Source: Octopus vulgaris (taxonomy: Eukaryota). Taken from it: a DNA stretch of 64,000 bases. The position numbers and the translations under genes are program-made. The stretch is from contig OX597816.1 of the NCBI GenBank assembly GCA_951406725.2, forward strand, positions 16,864,001-16,928,000, in the 5' to 3' direction. Position 1 is the first letter of the stretch. Every line of letters starts with the position of its first letter. Shown piece by piece: positions 51,716-64,000 of this stretch. The notes below the pieces were generated by a model. It had not been told where the DNA came from. It saw only the letters and a program-made list of their open reading frames with translations, and searched no databases.

Positions 51716-53327
51716 TTTCATAGATAGCATTTGTATTTTCAAAACACAGTGGAAGCTTGTTTGTAATGCTGAAAGTCAACTGGAAACAAATAACCAGCTT
51801 GCTGCAGTGGCTTCATTTTCCCAAGATATTTTCACAAAAGAGCATGTCTAGACATAGCGTTATTTTGCATACTTTTTATGACAGGTGATTTTACTTAGCA
51901 TATTATATTCTATTGTACATCTTTCATGTTGATACACATTACTATTTTAAACATTTTCTTATGCCACATTGAGTTCTCTTACAGAAACATATACTACAGA
52001 AACAAATTTGTAGGAGTCTGCTTATTCATGCACACAAGTACATTTAGAAAATGCTAAAAATGGACTGTTTGTCTACACACTCACACACATTTATGTATAT
52101 GTATGTGGATATACTTTACATAGAATTTGTAGTGCTGGACACACCCTTCATCACATATCAATTGGAGATCACAATGATTTTCAACATCTTCTGTTTGTAG
52201 TGCCAAGTTATGAACAGGTTTTTTTAGCCCATGGTGTAGCATACCTTTCTCCTCATGGTATATGCAGCCAGCACATAAATCACACCAACCATACAGCAAC
52301 TATTACATTTTACTACTATCTGAGTATTTTTTTGTTTGCTTGCTTTCAGCTTTGTTCTTTCTCTTGTATATGTTTGCAATATTCCCCAAGGATCCAAGGG
52401 GAGGAAGCCTGAGGGGCACGTGCCCGCCCCCCTCAAGAAAAGAAGTGCAAGCTTCTAGATAATATTATTATGCCCTTTTCTTCTGGAATTGTATTTCTCT
52501 TCTGATCTTGTGCCTTCTCTTCGAAAAATTCCTGGGACCATGTCTCTCCCTAGTGAACCATTTTCTTCTTCTCTTCCCTGCTTATTAATCACTCCTTTGC
52601 TGTCCTCTCTAAGGACCAACTTCAACAAGTTAGGATCAAGTGCAAACAACTGCAACACTTCTCCTCTACTGAAAGCACTAAATTGCTAAAATTGTCATAC
52701 CTCACATGATCCTCTACAGATTCATAAATCAGATGATTTCCTTCTTGTTCCTACTCCATACTACCTCCACAAGATACTGTCAATTCAACATTCATAATTT
52801 TTTGTCAATCAAACTGTACAATGAGATCAGGACATAATATAATTACAACATAACCGGGAATACAGGCACTTTCTTCAAACACACCTGCATCATCCAGTCA
52901 TAAATACCATGTTGAAGCTTATGCAGCAGCTCTCCTTTGTTTACCCTCAGGTATTGTTCTTTCTTACTCTCCTTAAGGAATACAAGGTAAAACTAGTGCT
53001 CTCTCTGAAGATGGGCACACTGGGCAGTTGGCCAGAGGCAGCATAAAAGCAAGACATCCACACACACACATATAGATATATATACACACACGCATATAGA
53101 TATATATACACACACACATATAGATAAATATATACACACACACATAGATATATATATATATATATACATGCACACACACACAGAGGGATGGGCAAAAGTT
53201 AGTGTACAGTTGCTTAATATGAGGGAATGTTCTTTTCATTTCAATATTTCCCTTTGGAGATAAGAATATAATTAAGCAGACCTTTGTACACAGCAACTGT
53301 ATACCTACTTTTGCCCACTCTCCCCAC

Positions 53328-53361
<34 letters not shown>

Positions 53362-53523
53362 CATATATGTATGCATGCAGTATATAAAATCTTTCTGTTT
53401 CTTCTTTATAGGTAGTGTTGTGCAAGGTACTCTTCTTTCCACAACACCAAAGCCATTAGTTCACAGTGACACTTGTAAGCAAATGTCTTTTTTCTTTCTC
53501 TCTGTGGACAGTAAAAAAATGGA

Positions 53524-53570
53524 TCTACCTGACCGGTTTCGAATCTTGTTTGACTCTCATCAGAGATAGA
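53524..53570 (-). ncRNA. Minimal type-I hammerhead ribozyme, intact core
   Basis: Reverse complement: tctatct CTGATGA gagtc-aaacaa-gattc GAAA ccgg TC aggtaga; 7-bp stem I, 5-bp stem II, palindromic ACCGGT, GUC cleavage site. Confidence 0.88.
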
Positions 53571-53983
53571 ATACCATTTGATCTATCCATGGAGAGAAAT
53601 GTAGCTTATAGCTATAAATGGTTACTAAATGTAGTTAATTAAATGAACTGATAAGTTTGATTTGCATAAATAAGTGCTTCATCTGTGATTTATCCAAATC
53701 CATTAGAACTTTTTTGCACTAAACAGCATTTTCTCTCCACAATATCTGTTGTATTGTACAGTATATACAATGCTTCCCAACACATTGGAGTGATTGCTGT
53801 ATTGTAACAATTGCAAAGAAATGTCTTTTCCTTTCTCTCCGTTGACAGAAAAAATGGATCTACCTGACCGGTTTCAAATGAATGTAAATCATATATATTT
53901 ATGCTTATGCAAATATGTAAACGAAGGTATTTTACAGGTATATATACATACCTTATGGCATGTTCATACACAAAAGTCATGCA

Positions 53984-54014
<31 letters not shown>

Positions 54015-54510
54015 CAGTAAGTGTGTGCATGTATGTATGTACGGATTATGCTTACTTAAGTGTTTATAATTTTTTCTTTTATACATTGACTTATGCAATT
54101 GTATCTCAAGTTGTGTGTGTGTGTGTGTGTGTGTGTGCATGTACTCACACACATGTCTGTATATTCTCATATTTATTTGTATTATTATTTTATGTTTATC
54201 ATCACTGTTTGAATTTAAGCAAGTTTGTATATTCATTCATGCATTTGTATTTTGATTGTCAATTCATCACTTCAGTTGCATTAACAATTTTCCTTCCCCA
54301 TGACTTGAAGTTTATGTTCACCCATTAAATTTGAATAATTGACTCTTTCTGTTTATTAGCTGTGCAAACTTGGAATAATCGCTATACAAGTCAATGACAT
54401 ATGCACCTGCTTTCCATTTAGCTACACCAAAGTGAACAGATTCTTACACTTTAGTAGACAAAGACATTTCATCCAGGTTCTTCTATGCAAGACTCCTCAG
54501 AGTACCACAT

Positions 54511-54673
54511 TCTTTTCTACTCTAGGCACAAGGCACAAAATTTTTGGGGTGGAAGCCAGTTGATTAGATTGACCTCAGTACGCAACTTGTACTTAATTTA
54601 TCGACCCCGAAAGGATGAAAGGCAAAGTCAACTTCAGTAGAATTTGAACTCAGAACATAAAGACAGACGAAAT
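54511..54673 (-). mobile_element. 5'-truncated family C SINE
   Basis: 19-bp TSD actcctcagagtaccacat at 54492-54510 and 54674-54692. Confidence 0.9.
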
Positions 54674-55148
54674 ACTCCTCAGAGTACCACATCACTATTT
54701 CAGTGTGGGTTCTATGTAGTTAGGGATGATTATAGTCCCAACTGCTCTAAATAACCGAGGAATGTTTGCTGTATCTCTAATTAAACCATACTTAGCTTAT
54801 CTTTAATTTCACTAATTCTGTTAAAATTTTATTTACTCAGCTACAAGTTTTTGTACTTACTACCCAAATTATCTGCACTGTACCCATAGATTACAGTTTA
54901 AGTTATCACCTTTCTATTTAGTGCAATCCCATATCTAACTGACATATAATCCAAACTTATTTAATTATTTTTCAGCTGAAAAATTATTTATCACATTAAC
55001 AAAGTCTATATTTGTTTCTTTTTAAATTATTTTAAAATTCTTTCCCCTTCATTAAAGGGATAAACAACTACACTTTAAATTATTTTAAGCTAGTTATATT
55101 CTTCATTAAAATCTCATCCTGATTTCATTATCTTTCAATTATTTGCCA

Positions 55149-55944
55149 AATAATAATAATAATAATAATAATAATTGTGTACAGTGCTCAGGTGCACTAC
55201 AACTCATCTAAAGTGTATATATAATCAGGTGTAGTTTCGGCGGATTTCGGAAAGCATGAGGGCCTTAAAGGATGCAGTGTCATGGCAGTCAACAACTGAC
55301 GCAGGCAGTTTATTCCATGCTTCAGCAACTCTGAGCGTGAAAAAATGTTTCCGAAAGTCATGGGAGCTGTGTTGTTTTCTGACTTTGTAGGCATGTCCAC
55401 GTGTGTTAGACACATGGAGATCAAAAAGGTGTTCAGTGTTGTTGTTGGTGAGGTGGTTGATAACCTTGTGGGTGTTTACCAAGTCCGTCGCCAGACGCCG
55501 GAGCTTCAGTGAATCCATGCCCAGGGAAACAAGGCACTCAGAATATGGTAGGTGTCTGATGGAGGGTATGCGTTTGGTTGCACGTCTCTGGACAGATTCC
55601 AGGAGGTCAATGTTCTGAGCAAGATAGGGATTCCAAACTGATGATGCGAATTCCAAGTGTGGTCGTACCATAGCTGTATACAGTTTTAAATAGATGGCTG
55701 GAGAGCGGCTAACAAAAGTCTTGCTGAGTGATGCCAAGACACCCTCGGCCTTCTTGACAATTTTAGAGATATGCTTTGTCCAACGCAAATCACTGCTGAC
55801 AGTGATGCCTAGGTCACGCTCGCAAGAGGATTTCTTGATATCAGTGTTGTGGAGGGAGTATGTGGACGCAGGGTTTTTTCTCCCAAAATGCATGGTGGTA
55901 CACTTGTCCACAGCCAGTTTCAGTTGCCAGTCTGTGATCCACAA
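55149..55944 (-). mobile_element. CR1-clade LINE 3' end with uninterrupted ORF2 C-terminus, 3' stem-loop and (ATT)n tail
   Basis: WQLKL..DKC, ERDLGI, LY..MVRPHLEF.SSVWNP, LESVQRRATK, FF..RV...WN.LP; agtgc-acctga-gcact hairpin. Confidence 0.93.
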
Positions 55945-56854
55945 TCTTAAATTATATACTCTGCACTTAAACTTTCAAAATCATTCTTTCATTTTTGAGT
56001 AATCTATCAGTGGAGCTGTCAGTTAAGAATAATGTCAAAGAATACCTCTCAATACAATCATCAATTTATCTTCAAACTTATTTCAAAATTTTAATTGAAA
56101 TTACTACCTTGTGAAACTTTGTCCACTAAATTTCAGGGAACATGGTAACACCCCTAAAGACCTTTACATTATTTCCAAAAGAAACTAATGATATACAGTA
56201 ATAAATTGTAAATCTAAATATACCTTCAGAATTATTTCATTTAACTGGCTATTCTCTAGCACTATTACTTAAATTTTCAAATCATAGAGTCACATTTTGA
56301 CTGTAATATTTTATAGACATTTCCATTAACTACACAATTTTAAGTCTGATATCTTGTATGCTTCTTCAACTATAAATCATTTCTGGAACCATACTACATC
56401 TTTATTTAGTACTACTCCATTCTCTTCTTCTCATCCTTGACTAAATTTTGAAAACAGTTAATCATCAAAATGTTGTTTAGCCCAAAGTCTTAACCTTCCC
56501 ATTTTTGAAAGATTCTACTCACCTATCAATAATCTCCGACAGTAAATAAAGCTGCAGCATCCACCTTTCATTAACTTTGAATAAACTACCGCAATGGAGA
56601 CTTCAAAGTACCAAGCAACATTCTTATAATAAATATTTGATTCTACACTTCAGTGCAGTCCTTTATTCATGTTAAGTTCTGTTTGGTGGTTATTTATTTA
56701 AAACCTTATTTTGTTATATACACCTGTGTGTGTGTGTGTGTGTGTGTAGAAGGATTCACATATATATATGTGTGTACATGGGAATATATAAGCATGCATA
56801 TATACATATATATATAAGCATGCATATAAATATATACATATGTGTGTGTGTGTG

Positions 56855-57252
56855 GCCAGTGCCCCTTGACTGGCTCTCATCCTGGTGGCATGTAAAATGC
56901 ATCTTCTGAACATGATCGATGCCAGTGCCTCCTGACTGGCTCCCATGCCGGTGGCACATAAAAGGCACTATCCGAATGTGATTGATGCAGGGCCACCTGA
57001 CTGGCTCCCATGTCAGTGGCATGTAAAAAGCACTATCTGAATGTGATCAATGCCAGGCCCATCTGACTGGCACATGAGCCGGTAGCACATGAAAAGCACC
57101 TCCTACACTCTCGGAGTGGTTGGCATTAGGAAGGGCATCCAGCTGTAGAAACATTGCCAGATCAGATTGAAGCCTAGTGCAGCTGCTAGCTTTCCAGACC
57201 TCAGTCAAACCGTCCAACCCCTACCAGCATGGAAAGCGGATGATGATGATGA
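56855..57252 (+). mobile_element. Family B retroposon with four diverged units
   Basis: Repeated ctgactggc..gtggca..aaaagcac, core and tail. Confidence 0.88.
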
Positions 57253-58599
57253 CAAGATCTACATAGACACGCATTTCTTTGATTGTATCCTTCTGAAAAT
57301 AGGTGTTTGCACCCAAAATATAAAAGTTTTTAAAAGCTTTCTGTATTGTTAGAAGCTTTCCTCATATCTCATTTCGTTTATTATTTTACTTACGTAAGTG
57401 TGTGTGTGTGTAGTTGTGAGTGTGTTGGTTATTCTGATAGAAACTGAAGAAACCACAACTAAATTATGGTACTGACTACATCAAGTAGAGGTTCCGTTGT
57501 TATTTTTAGTGATAAGTGAGTGTTACAGAAAACGTTTTGCTGTATTTCTGGTGAATTCATCAAAGAATGGAATAGCTGTAGTTATTACTCAATTATATAT
57601 GTTTAGGTTCAAGAGGGCATGTCTTGGCAAAGCAACTTGAATGGTTCTTGTAACTGTGGTGAATTGATTGATGCAGGGATTAATATATAAAATAGAAGAG
57701 CTAATATAATTCCTAGTTGGGAAGTAGCAAAAAAAAAAAAAATTGTTAGGAAAGGGTTCATAAGGATGAATGAAAAGATGTGTTAAAATGTTAAATAAGT
57801 AAAATAAATGAGAGGTATGTGAGATGAATCAAAGCAAAATAAAAATAGAATATAAGAATATACAAAGTAAGTAAATAAAGGAAAAAATAAGTAAAAACAT
57901 ACATACATGAGTAAATAAAGATGTAAAAGGATTTAGAAAAGTTATTTAGTCAACCATAGTCAAGGGAGACAAATGAGTTGGGGACGTAGAAGGAACACAG
58001 AGTAAGATGAAATGGTTAGGTCATCAAAAAGTGTGTGTGTGTGTCTGTGTCTGTGTGTGTGTTTTAGTTAATATTTATGGAGACCAGCACTAAGCAGCAT
58101 GCAGAGTGCAACATTAGCCATAGACAATAGGCTTGATGTTGAAAGAATTAAGAGCAGAAGTAAAAACCAGACAATGATAAATGCAATCTAGCACTATGGT
58201 CACTTTAGCAATGAATGGTTAGTGTGAAAACTGAAGGATTTGTTCATATATAAGAAACTGGCTCTTAACCTTTTGGATAAATAAAATCCTTTTATGCAGA
58301 CCTAAGAAGGAAAACTGAATAATAAATAACCAAGTACACATAGTATATCACTAAACAAAGATGATATTGAAGTCCGTCTATACAGGAATCTCTCTAGGGT
58401 CAATCAAAGAAAATCAGAGATCCAAGAAGTCTTTGAACACTATGGATAAGTGCTCTTACCAACTGTTGTTTTCTAGCTTACAAGTTTGTATTAAGTGCAT
58501 TCCCATTCATTTGTCATTTTCACAACTCTCACCTACTTTCAACAAATTCACCCAAGGACAGCACCTCCACCCCAACACACCTTCCTTTTCAGAGAGAAT

Positions 58600-59250
58600 T
58601 TGAAAAGTTGATGATGTGAGATCTACTGAAATGTAAAGTCTCTGTCCTCTACACAACCCCTTTCATTATCGACACCATCAGATAAAAATTGTCTTTCCTA
58701 TCCAGTTAAATGATGACATTAGGGCAATCATCACAATGGACTTGACTGAAAACCAGATTCACCCCACAACAAAAGCAGTTAAGTCAAACAGCTCCAAAAG
58801 CCAGCACTGGGTCAGACACTGAACAAGTGCATGCAGAAGAGTTTCATAGCCCAGTGTGTATCTTGGATACACCCATCTGATAGCAGTTTCTAAACTGGTA
58901 GGGCCCTTCATGAGCACTTCTAAACCAAGGACTTCTGGAAGTTATCCATACTAGCCCTTGATGTGGATGTTCTCCAGAAAATACTAGCCAGTTCATTTTT
59001 GTTCACACCCAGAGCTTACCGGACAACATGATCATTCTCTCCGCAAATAATCCCGTATGAATTGCTAGAATAGAACGTCCATCAATCTTGTTGCCTAGAG
59101 GAAAATGAGAGCCTGATGACATAGTAAATTCCAAGTATTCCAGTCTCCATCTTTGCTTCATTCTTTTAAGGAGATGAGTGGTGCAAAAGTATGATTCACA
59201 GATGGTAACATTCATTCACCAACTAGAAAACTCAGCAGGTTGTGCAGCCT
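58600..59250 (-). pseudogene. Possible ancient Gypsy RT/RNase H remnant
   Basis: LEYLEFTMSSGSHFPLGNKIDG resembles V.FLG..IS..G..P...KV; VSDPVLA resembles S.PVLA. Confidence 0.3.
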
Positions 59251-60259
59251 CAGTACGAGTCCATACATCAGCAACCAAAGCATGCTTTACCCACCATGTA
59301 GAAAGTACCGGCTGGAGATGGATTGCCTAACCAGTGAAACACATCTCTTCTATAAGAATTTGAATAGGAGAAGCCTAATCAGATTGGGACGTAATTGGGA
59401 TAAGGCACAACAGTCAAGCAGGAAACAATAATGGTGGTGAGGCAGGTATACAGCACCACTACTTGACCTGGCAGGGAAAGCTTCCTCTAAGCATATTTCT
59501 TAGTAAGACTGGTCACCCTTCTTGTCCCTTTGTCTTGATTTCTAGTCCATCATCAACAAAATTTTATGCCTACTTTCCTTGGTAGCATGGGTTGCATAGA
59601 TCATTCAGAGTTACTACTCTTCCAGATACAACAGAAGACCATATTATTTTCAAACATTGCTTTTTAACTTGTTTTTATATATGATTTGGATGTCCTTACT
59701 ACCACCATTAACTTAACAAATTTTCAGTACCTTATGATGGATTTGTACCCTTCAAATAACATATCTGAGAAGGCAAGTAGAAGAGGGAACATAGATGATA
59801 AAAAATTTCTATGTTCCCTCTTCTACTGGATGATAAAAAAATTATCAGAAAGAATGGTTGATGGCTGCATGAGTGGAGTGGGAGAGAGAATGGTGGACAG
59901 TAATGGAGAGGAAGAGGAGGAGGTCAATGGTAAGAGTCTACAATGAATATCAATAACAAGTGGCTCAGACAAGAGGGAGTGATGATTGGTAGTAAAGAAC
60001 AGATTCTGCCTTCATCAAATATGAATAGAACAAAATAAAGAAACAATGGGTGGAGAAAAAGTGAATGACTGGTAGAAGAGTGAATAATGAGTGATGGAGT
60101 GCTGAGTGATAGAGAGGTAAGAGTCTAATAAAGATGGAGGAGGCAGTAGAACGCTGGCTTAACATGGACATATTAGATGATAGACTCATACAAGTGCACA
60201 TACATACATAAATAGACATAAATACACACCTACAAACATACACACACACATGTATGTAC

Positions 60260-60315
<56 letters not shown>

Positions 60316-60402
60316 TTCGAGACAAAACCACTATTTTGCAAAACAAACAAGGAAAGACTTAATCAATACATAAAAATTTTTTAATATAAAGAAATAAACC
60401 GC

Positions 60403-60443
60403 CACTACAATCGTTTCATGTCTTCAATGACATTCGTCAGGTG
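60403..60443 (-). ncRNA. Minimal type-I hammerhead motif, intact core, ~95 bp from a (TA)n tract
   Basis: Reverse complement: cac CTGACGA atgtc-attgaa-gacat GAAA cgattg TA gtg. Confidence 0.7.
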
Positions 60444-60899
60444 TGATTGTGTCCAGCACTGCATGTCAACGATCCTTTGTCAACTTCTCCATAAAGCTCA
60501 ACATCCCGATATCAGTATTCACCACTTTAACCTATCTCTTTTTGTGTCTTCTTCTACGGGTCACTTTCACTATCTTGCATTTCTAAATATAGATGTCAAC
60601 TTCTATACACTTCGTATGTTCACACTAACACAGGCTTCTCCCTTGTACACTGCATCTAATTCCTCTTATTCCCAGCTTCTCTTACTCAGTTACTCATGCA
60701 CACTGACACTACACATCCAGTGAAACAGAACAGTGAAGAAGAAAGATAGAACAAAACCAAAACCAGAAGGATGCCAGAGTTTTATAGACTGAGGAACAGA
60801 AATATCTGTCAAAACACATTACAATAGTGCAAATTGATAGCGAGTTATCAATTCAAGATATGAGACACAGATGGTGCCAATGTATGGGCAGTTTAGATA

Positions 60900-61180
60900 A
60901 GTACGTATGCCTGATGTCACTTAAAGTTTCCTGATGTTGAAAGCAACAACGTTCCTTTAAATTTCTCCAAGGTAAGATTCCATTGGTGAAGAACATAGAA
61001 TAAACTCTCTTTGTCTATAGGGAAACCATGCTGATAGTGTTAAGGAGAGAGAGATTCAAGGTGTTGGAGAATGTCATTGTTAATAGTTGTCTCCATTATC
61101 TTGTAGATACTGAAAGTGTGTGCACTAGGTAAGACAATTGTTAGCAGGATTAGAGAAGCTATCTGTCTATCTTGGGAATG
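60900..61180 (-). pseudogene. CR1/L2-type RT N-terminal remnant
   Basis: KIMETTINNDILQHLES...QHGF. Confidence 0.5.
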
Positions 61181-62664
61181 ATTAGATCTCTGTACAGAAG
61201 GAGAGACTAAAGTATTTTGTGAGCTAAATCTCAAATGTAATGTTTTGGGATAACAGAAATGATATGGTCAAAGGTTAATAGTCTAGCTGGTGTGAACTAA
61301 TTGCATTGAACATGTGCAATTAATTAGCCAGTTAATTAATTTCTTCACATTTTCTTCAGGGAAAGATGTATTTTATGAGTTTGTTATTGTAGTTATTTGT
61401 TACTTTGTACAGTAGGTTTTATGAGCAGTAAACGGACAATACTGCATTTGTAGCATCCCACATGCAAAGAGAGGAAATTTTAGTCATTCACCTGTTTTCA
61501 CCTGCTTATTAGACCAATGGGAAAGCATTACTTCTCAACCATGTATTGGGTATAAAAACAGAACTCAAAAGAGCGTACTCACTCTTTGACAGGACTTAGC
61601 CAAAAAAAGTAATCGCTAAAGCTGATCATTAATACAACATATTTCAGATTAATAGGATATTGATTTGCTGTATCTCTATACCACCAGGTTACTAAGGAAA
61701 TAGGCCAATTCCTCAATATTTATCTCAAGAGCAGTTCACATTTATATCATACATATGCTCCAAATAAACTTGTTCTTCACAAACATATAAATTAAATGCT
61801 GACTTTTCAAACACATATGTGCAACATTCCTTCTACACAATATATTAACTCAAACTTTGTTTTTATGAATTTTGCAACAAAAATTGATTATTTTCTCTGT
61901 GTGAATTAGTCTCATTCAAACTTGTACTTTATGAGCATTTGGAAGTAAACACATGCTGTTTAACTACAGTGAATTATATGGTACCACTTAGGCTAGCAGA
62001 GGTCTACTATCTGATGGTATATAGGAAATAAAAGAAACCTTGTATATTTATTTTATTGTGGTTGTCTCTTGCATCTGTATTTTCTACATATTAATTATTG
62101 ATTGAGAAATTAAAAACAGATTAAGAAATTATTTGTTATTGTTGTTGCAGTAATTTATATTATATTTTGCAGTTGCTTATTATCTCAAACACTGGTTGTG
62201 GAAAAGTGACAGAAATAGAAATACTTGAGTAGTTAATAATGGGCTAGCCATTAATAATGACAAATACAGATAATTCGGATTACAATATTTAAGACTGTAG
62301 CTGGAAGAGAAAAAAAATGTTTGCAAATTGTGAAATTGTGTGTGTGTGTGTATGTGTATGTTTGTTGTTAAAGACACGACTATATTATAGTTTAAATCAT
62401 TATCAATGATTTCACATATTTCTTTATTAGTCTTTTAGGTTTGGTAATGTTTCAAGATTGTTTGCTAATGTTTCAAGATTGTCTTGATTTCATCAGAATG
62501 AAGTGACAGTAATAATGATGCAGAGTTTGGGTATTTCGCAGTAGGTCACAGAGGAGTATGAGAATACTGTTATAACTGGCAAACATCAATAATACCAAAT
62601 TTTAAATTATTCAATAGTTATGCCTTGGCACATTTTATGCTTTATTTTATGTGTGCTGTATGTA

Positions 62665-63176
62665 GCACGGAAGCTGGTTAGCTGATCATTGACAGAGTGG
62701 CTAACCAGCTTCTGTGCCAGTGGCACTTAAAGGGCACCATTTGAGCGTGATTGTTACCAGCGTCGCCTTACTGGCACTTGTGCCCATGCTAGTAGGGTGC
62801 TAAGAGCACCATCCGAGTGTGATTGTTGCCAGAGCAGCCAACTGGCTTCCATGCCAGTGGCACATATTAAGGCACCATTCGAGCGTGATCGTTACCAATG
62901 TCGTCTTACTGGCACCTGTGCTGGTGGCATGTGTAAAAGGATTCGAACGAGGTCGTTGCCAGTACCGCCAGACTGGCCCCCGTGCCAGTGGCATGTACAA
63001 AGCACCCTCTACACTCTCGGAGTGGTTTGCATTAGGAAGGGCATCCAGCTGTAGAAACTCTGCCAAATCAAGATTGGAGCCTGGTGCAGCCATCTGGTTC
63101 GCTAGCCCTCAGTCAAAATCGTCCAACCCATGCTAGCATGGAAAGCAGACGTTAAACGATAATGATGATGATGATG
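62665..63176 (+). mobile_element. Family B retroposon (same subfamily as 11366) with a short 5' inversion
   Basis: Same unit order as 11366-11826; 18-bp inverted repeat at 62665-62682 / 62700-62717. Confidence 0.9.
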
Positions 63177-63199
63177 TATCTGTGGTTCAGTTTTGGTTT

Positions 63200-64000
63200 G
63201 TATTTGGCTATTAGTAAAGCTTTCGCAGTTACTCTTATTTTGTGAAATTCTACATAAATTGTACTGTCAGATAATTATTTCTGATCTAAATTTCTTTTGT
63301 GCACTGTACTATATGTTGGTTCAGGTTCTTGTTGTAGATGCATGGTCAATCATCAAGAAAATGCCATACTTGTATGTCCAATGTAACACTTTGAGCCATG
63401 ACGTTTTCACCACTTTCATGTTTACATTGAAATTTGTACATTACATTGGTTATTTGATGTAAGTCCTGTGATTTACAAGTGTGTAGTTTTGTGTTGATGA
63501 TAAGGTTTCTCATTTCTGTGTTCTTGTAATATATTCTAGCTGTGAGTTTCTGGACAAGTTTTATGAGTTATTTTCGTTTTAATGATATACTAATCCATCC
63601 TGTAACCAAGGTGCACTTGGTTCTTGTTATATAAACCATGTGTAGTACGTGCATTTTAATGGATACTGTGGTTGTTGTATCAGTGTATGTGAATTTGTTC
63701 TTGTATTTTTCTATGATGTGGTCTGCTAATATTTAAGTTTATCCATTCTTAATTTAAATTTGTTTCATACATATTTCCTTCTTCAAAGTTTCTTAACTGG
63801 ACAAATATTTAAAAATTCATTTCAGAAAGGATTTGACTGTAGATATTTTATATATCTGGGGATGAAAACTATCACCATACATCTAAGCATTTTCTCACAA
63901 TTTTCTTGTGTATATTGATGTGTTATATGTATTAATTCTTAATGGAGTAGTGTTGTTGTCTGAATATTTATTAGCGCTGTGTTGGATTGTAAATGAAGAC
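63200..64000 (-). pseudogene. Old PLE GIY-YIG remnant
   Basis: TNVMYKFQC...(frameshift) CYIGHTS at ~63365-63450. Confidence 0.5.

Noticed and set aside
60787-60810. CTGAGGA-aca-GAAA
   Set aside because: No room for stem II; likely chance

Overview
AT-rich animal DNA, intergenic or deep intronic. The SINE repertoire and dense (TA)n/(CA)n/(AAT)n/(GAT)n microsatellites strongly suggest an octopod cephalopod (inference from recalled repeat families; no search run). I found no convincing host exon: nearly all long ORFs are microsatellite translations or decayed transposon frames. The window is a nested mosaic of transposable elements. Retroelements: a near full-length R4/Dong-type RLE LINE (14.3-18.8 kb), a decayed Gypsy LTR element (29.9-34.4 kb, minus), Penelope-like element (PLE) remnants (39.3-41.1, 46.5-47.1, 63.2-64 kb), RTE and CR1 LINE fragments, and at least four SINE families, several with clear TSDs. 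DNA elements: Tc1/mariner (DD37D maT and a fold-back mariner), two piggyBac-type TTAA MITEs, a non-autonomous Helitron and hAT traces. The main signal not visible in the ORF track is a set of at least eight minimal type-I hammerhead ribozyme motifs (CUGANGA..GAAA..UH with a short palindromic stem III). They belong to about six unrelated short elements, mostly sitting in (TA)n tracts, and six of the eight retain the full catalytic core. One is fused to a tRNA-like Pol III head, one forms a 335-nt partial tandem, and one pair lies inverted in a 310-bp palindrome. A second signal is a variable-number array of ~65-bp units, each with a predicted H-type pseudoknot plus a hairpin, inside an RTE-tailed SINE. 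All alignments and folds were done by eye; boundaries of old elements are approximate.
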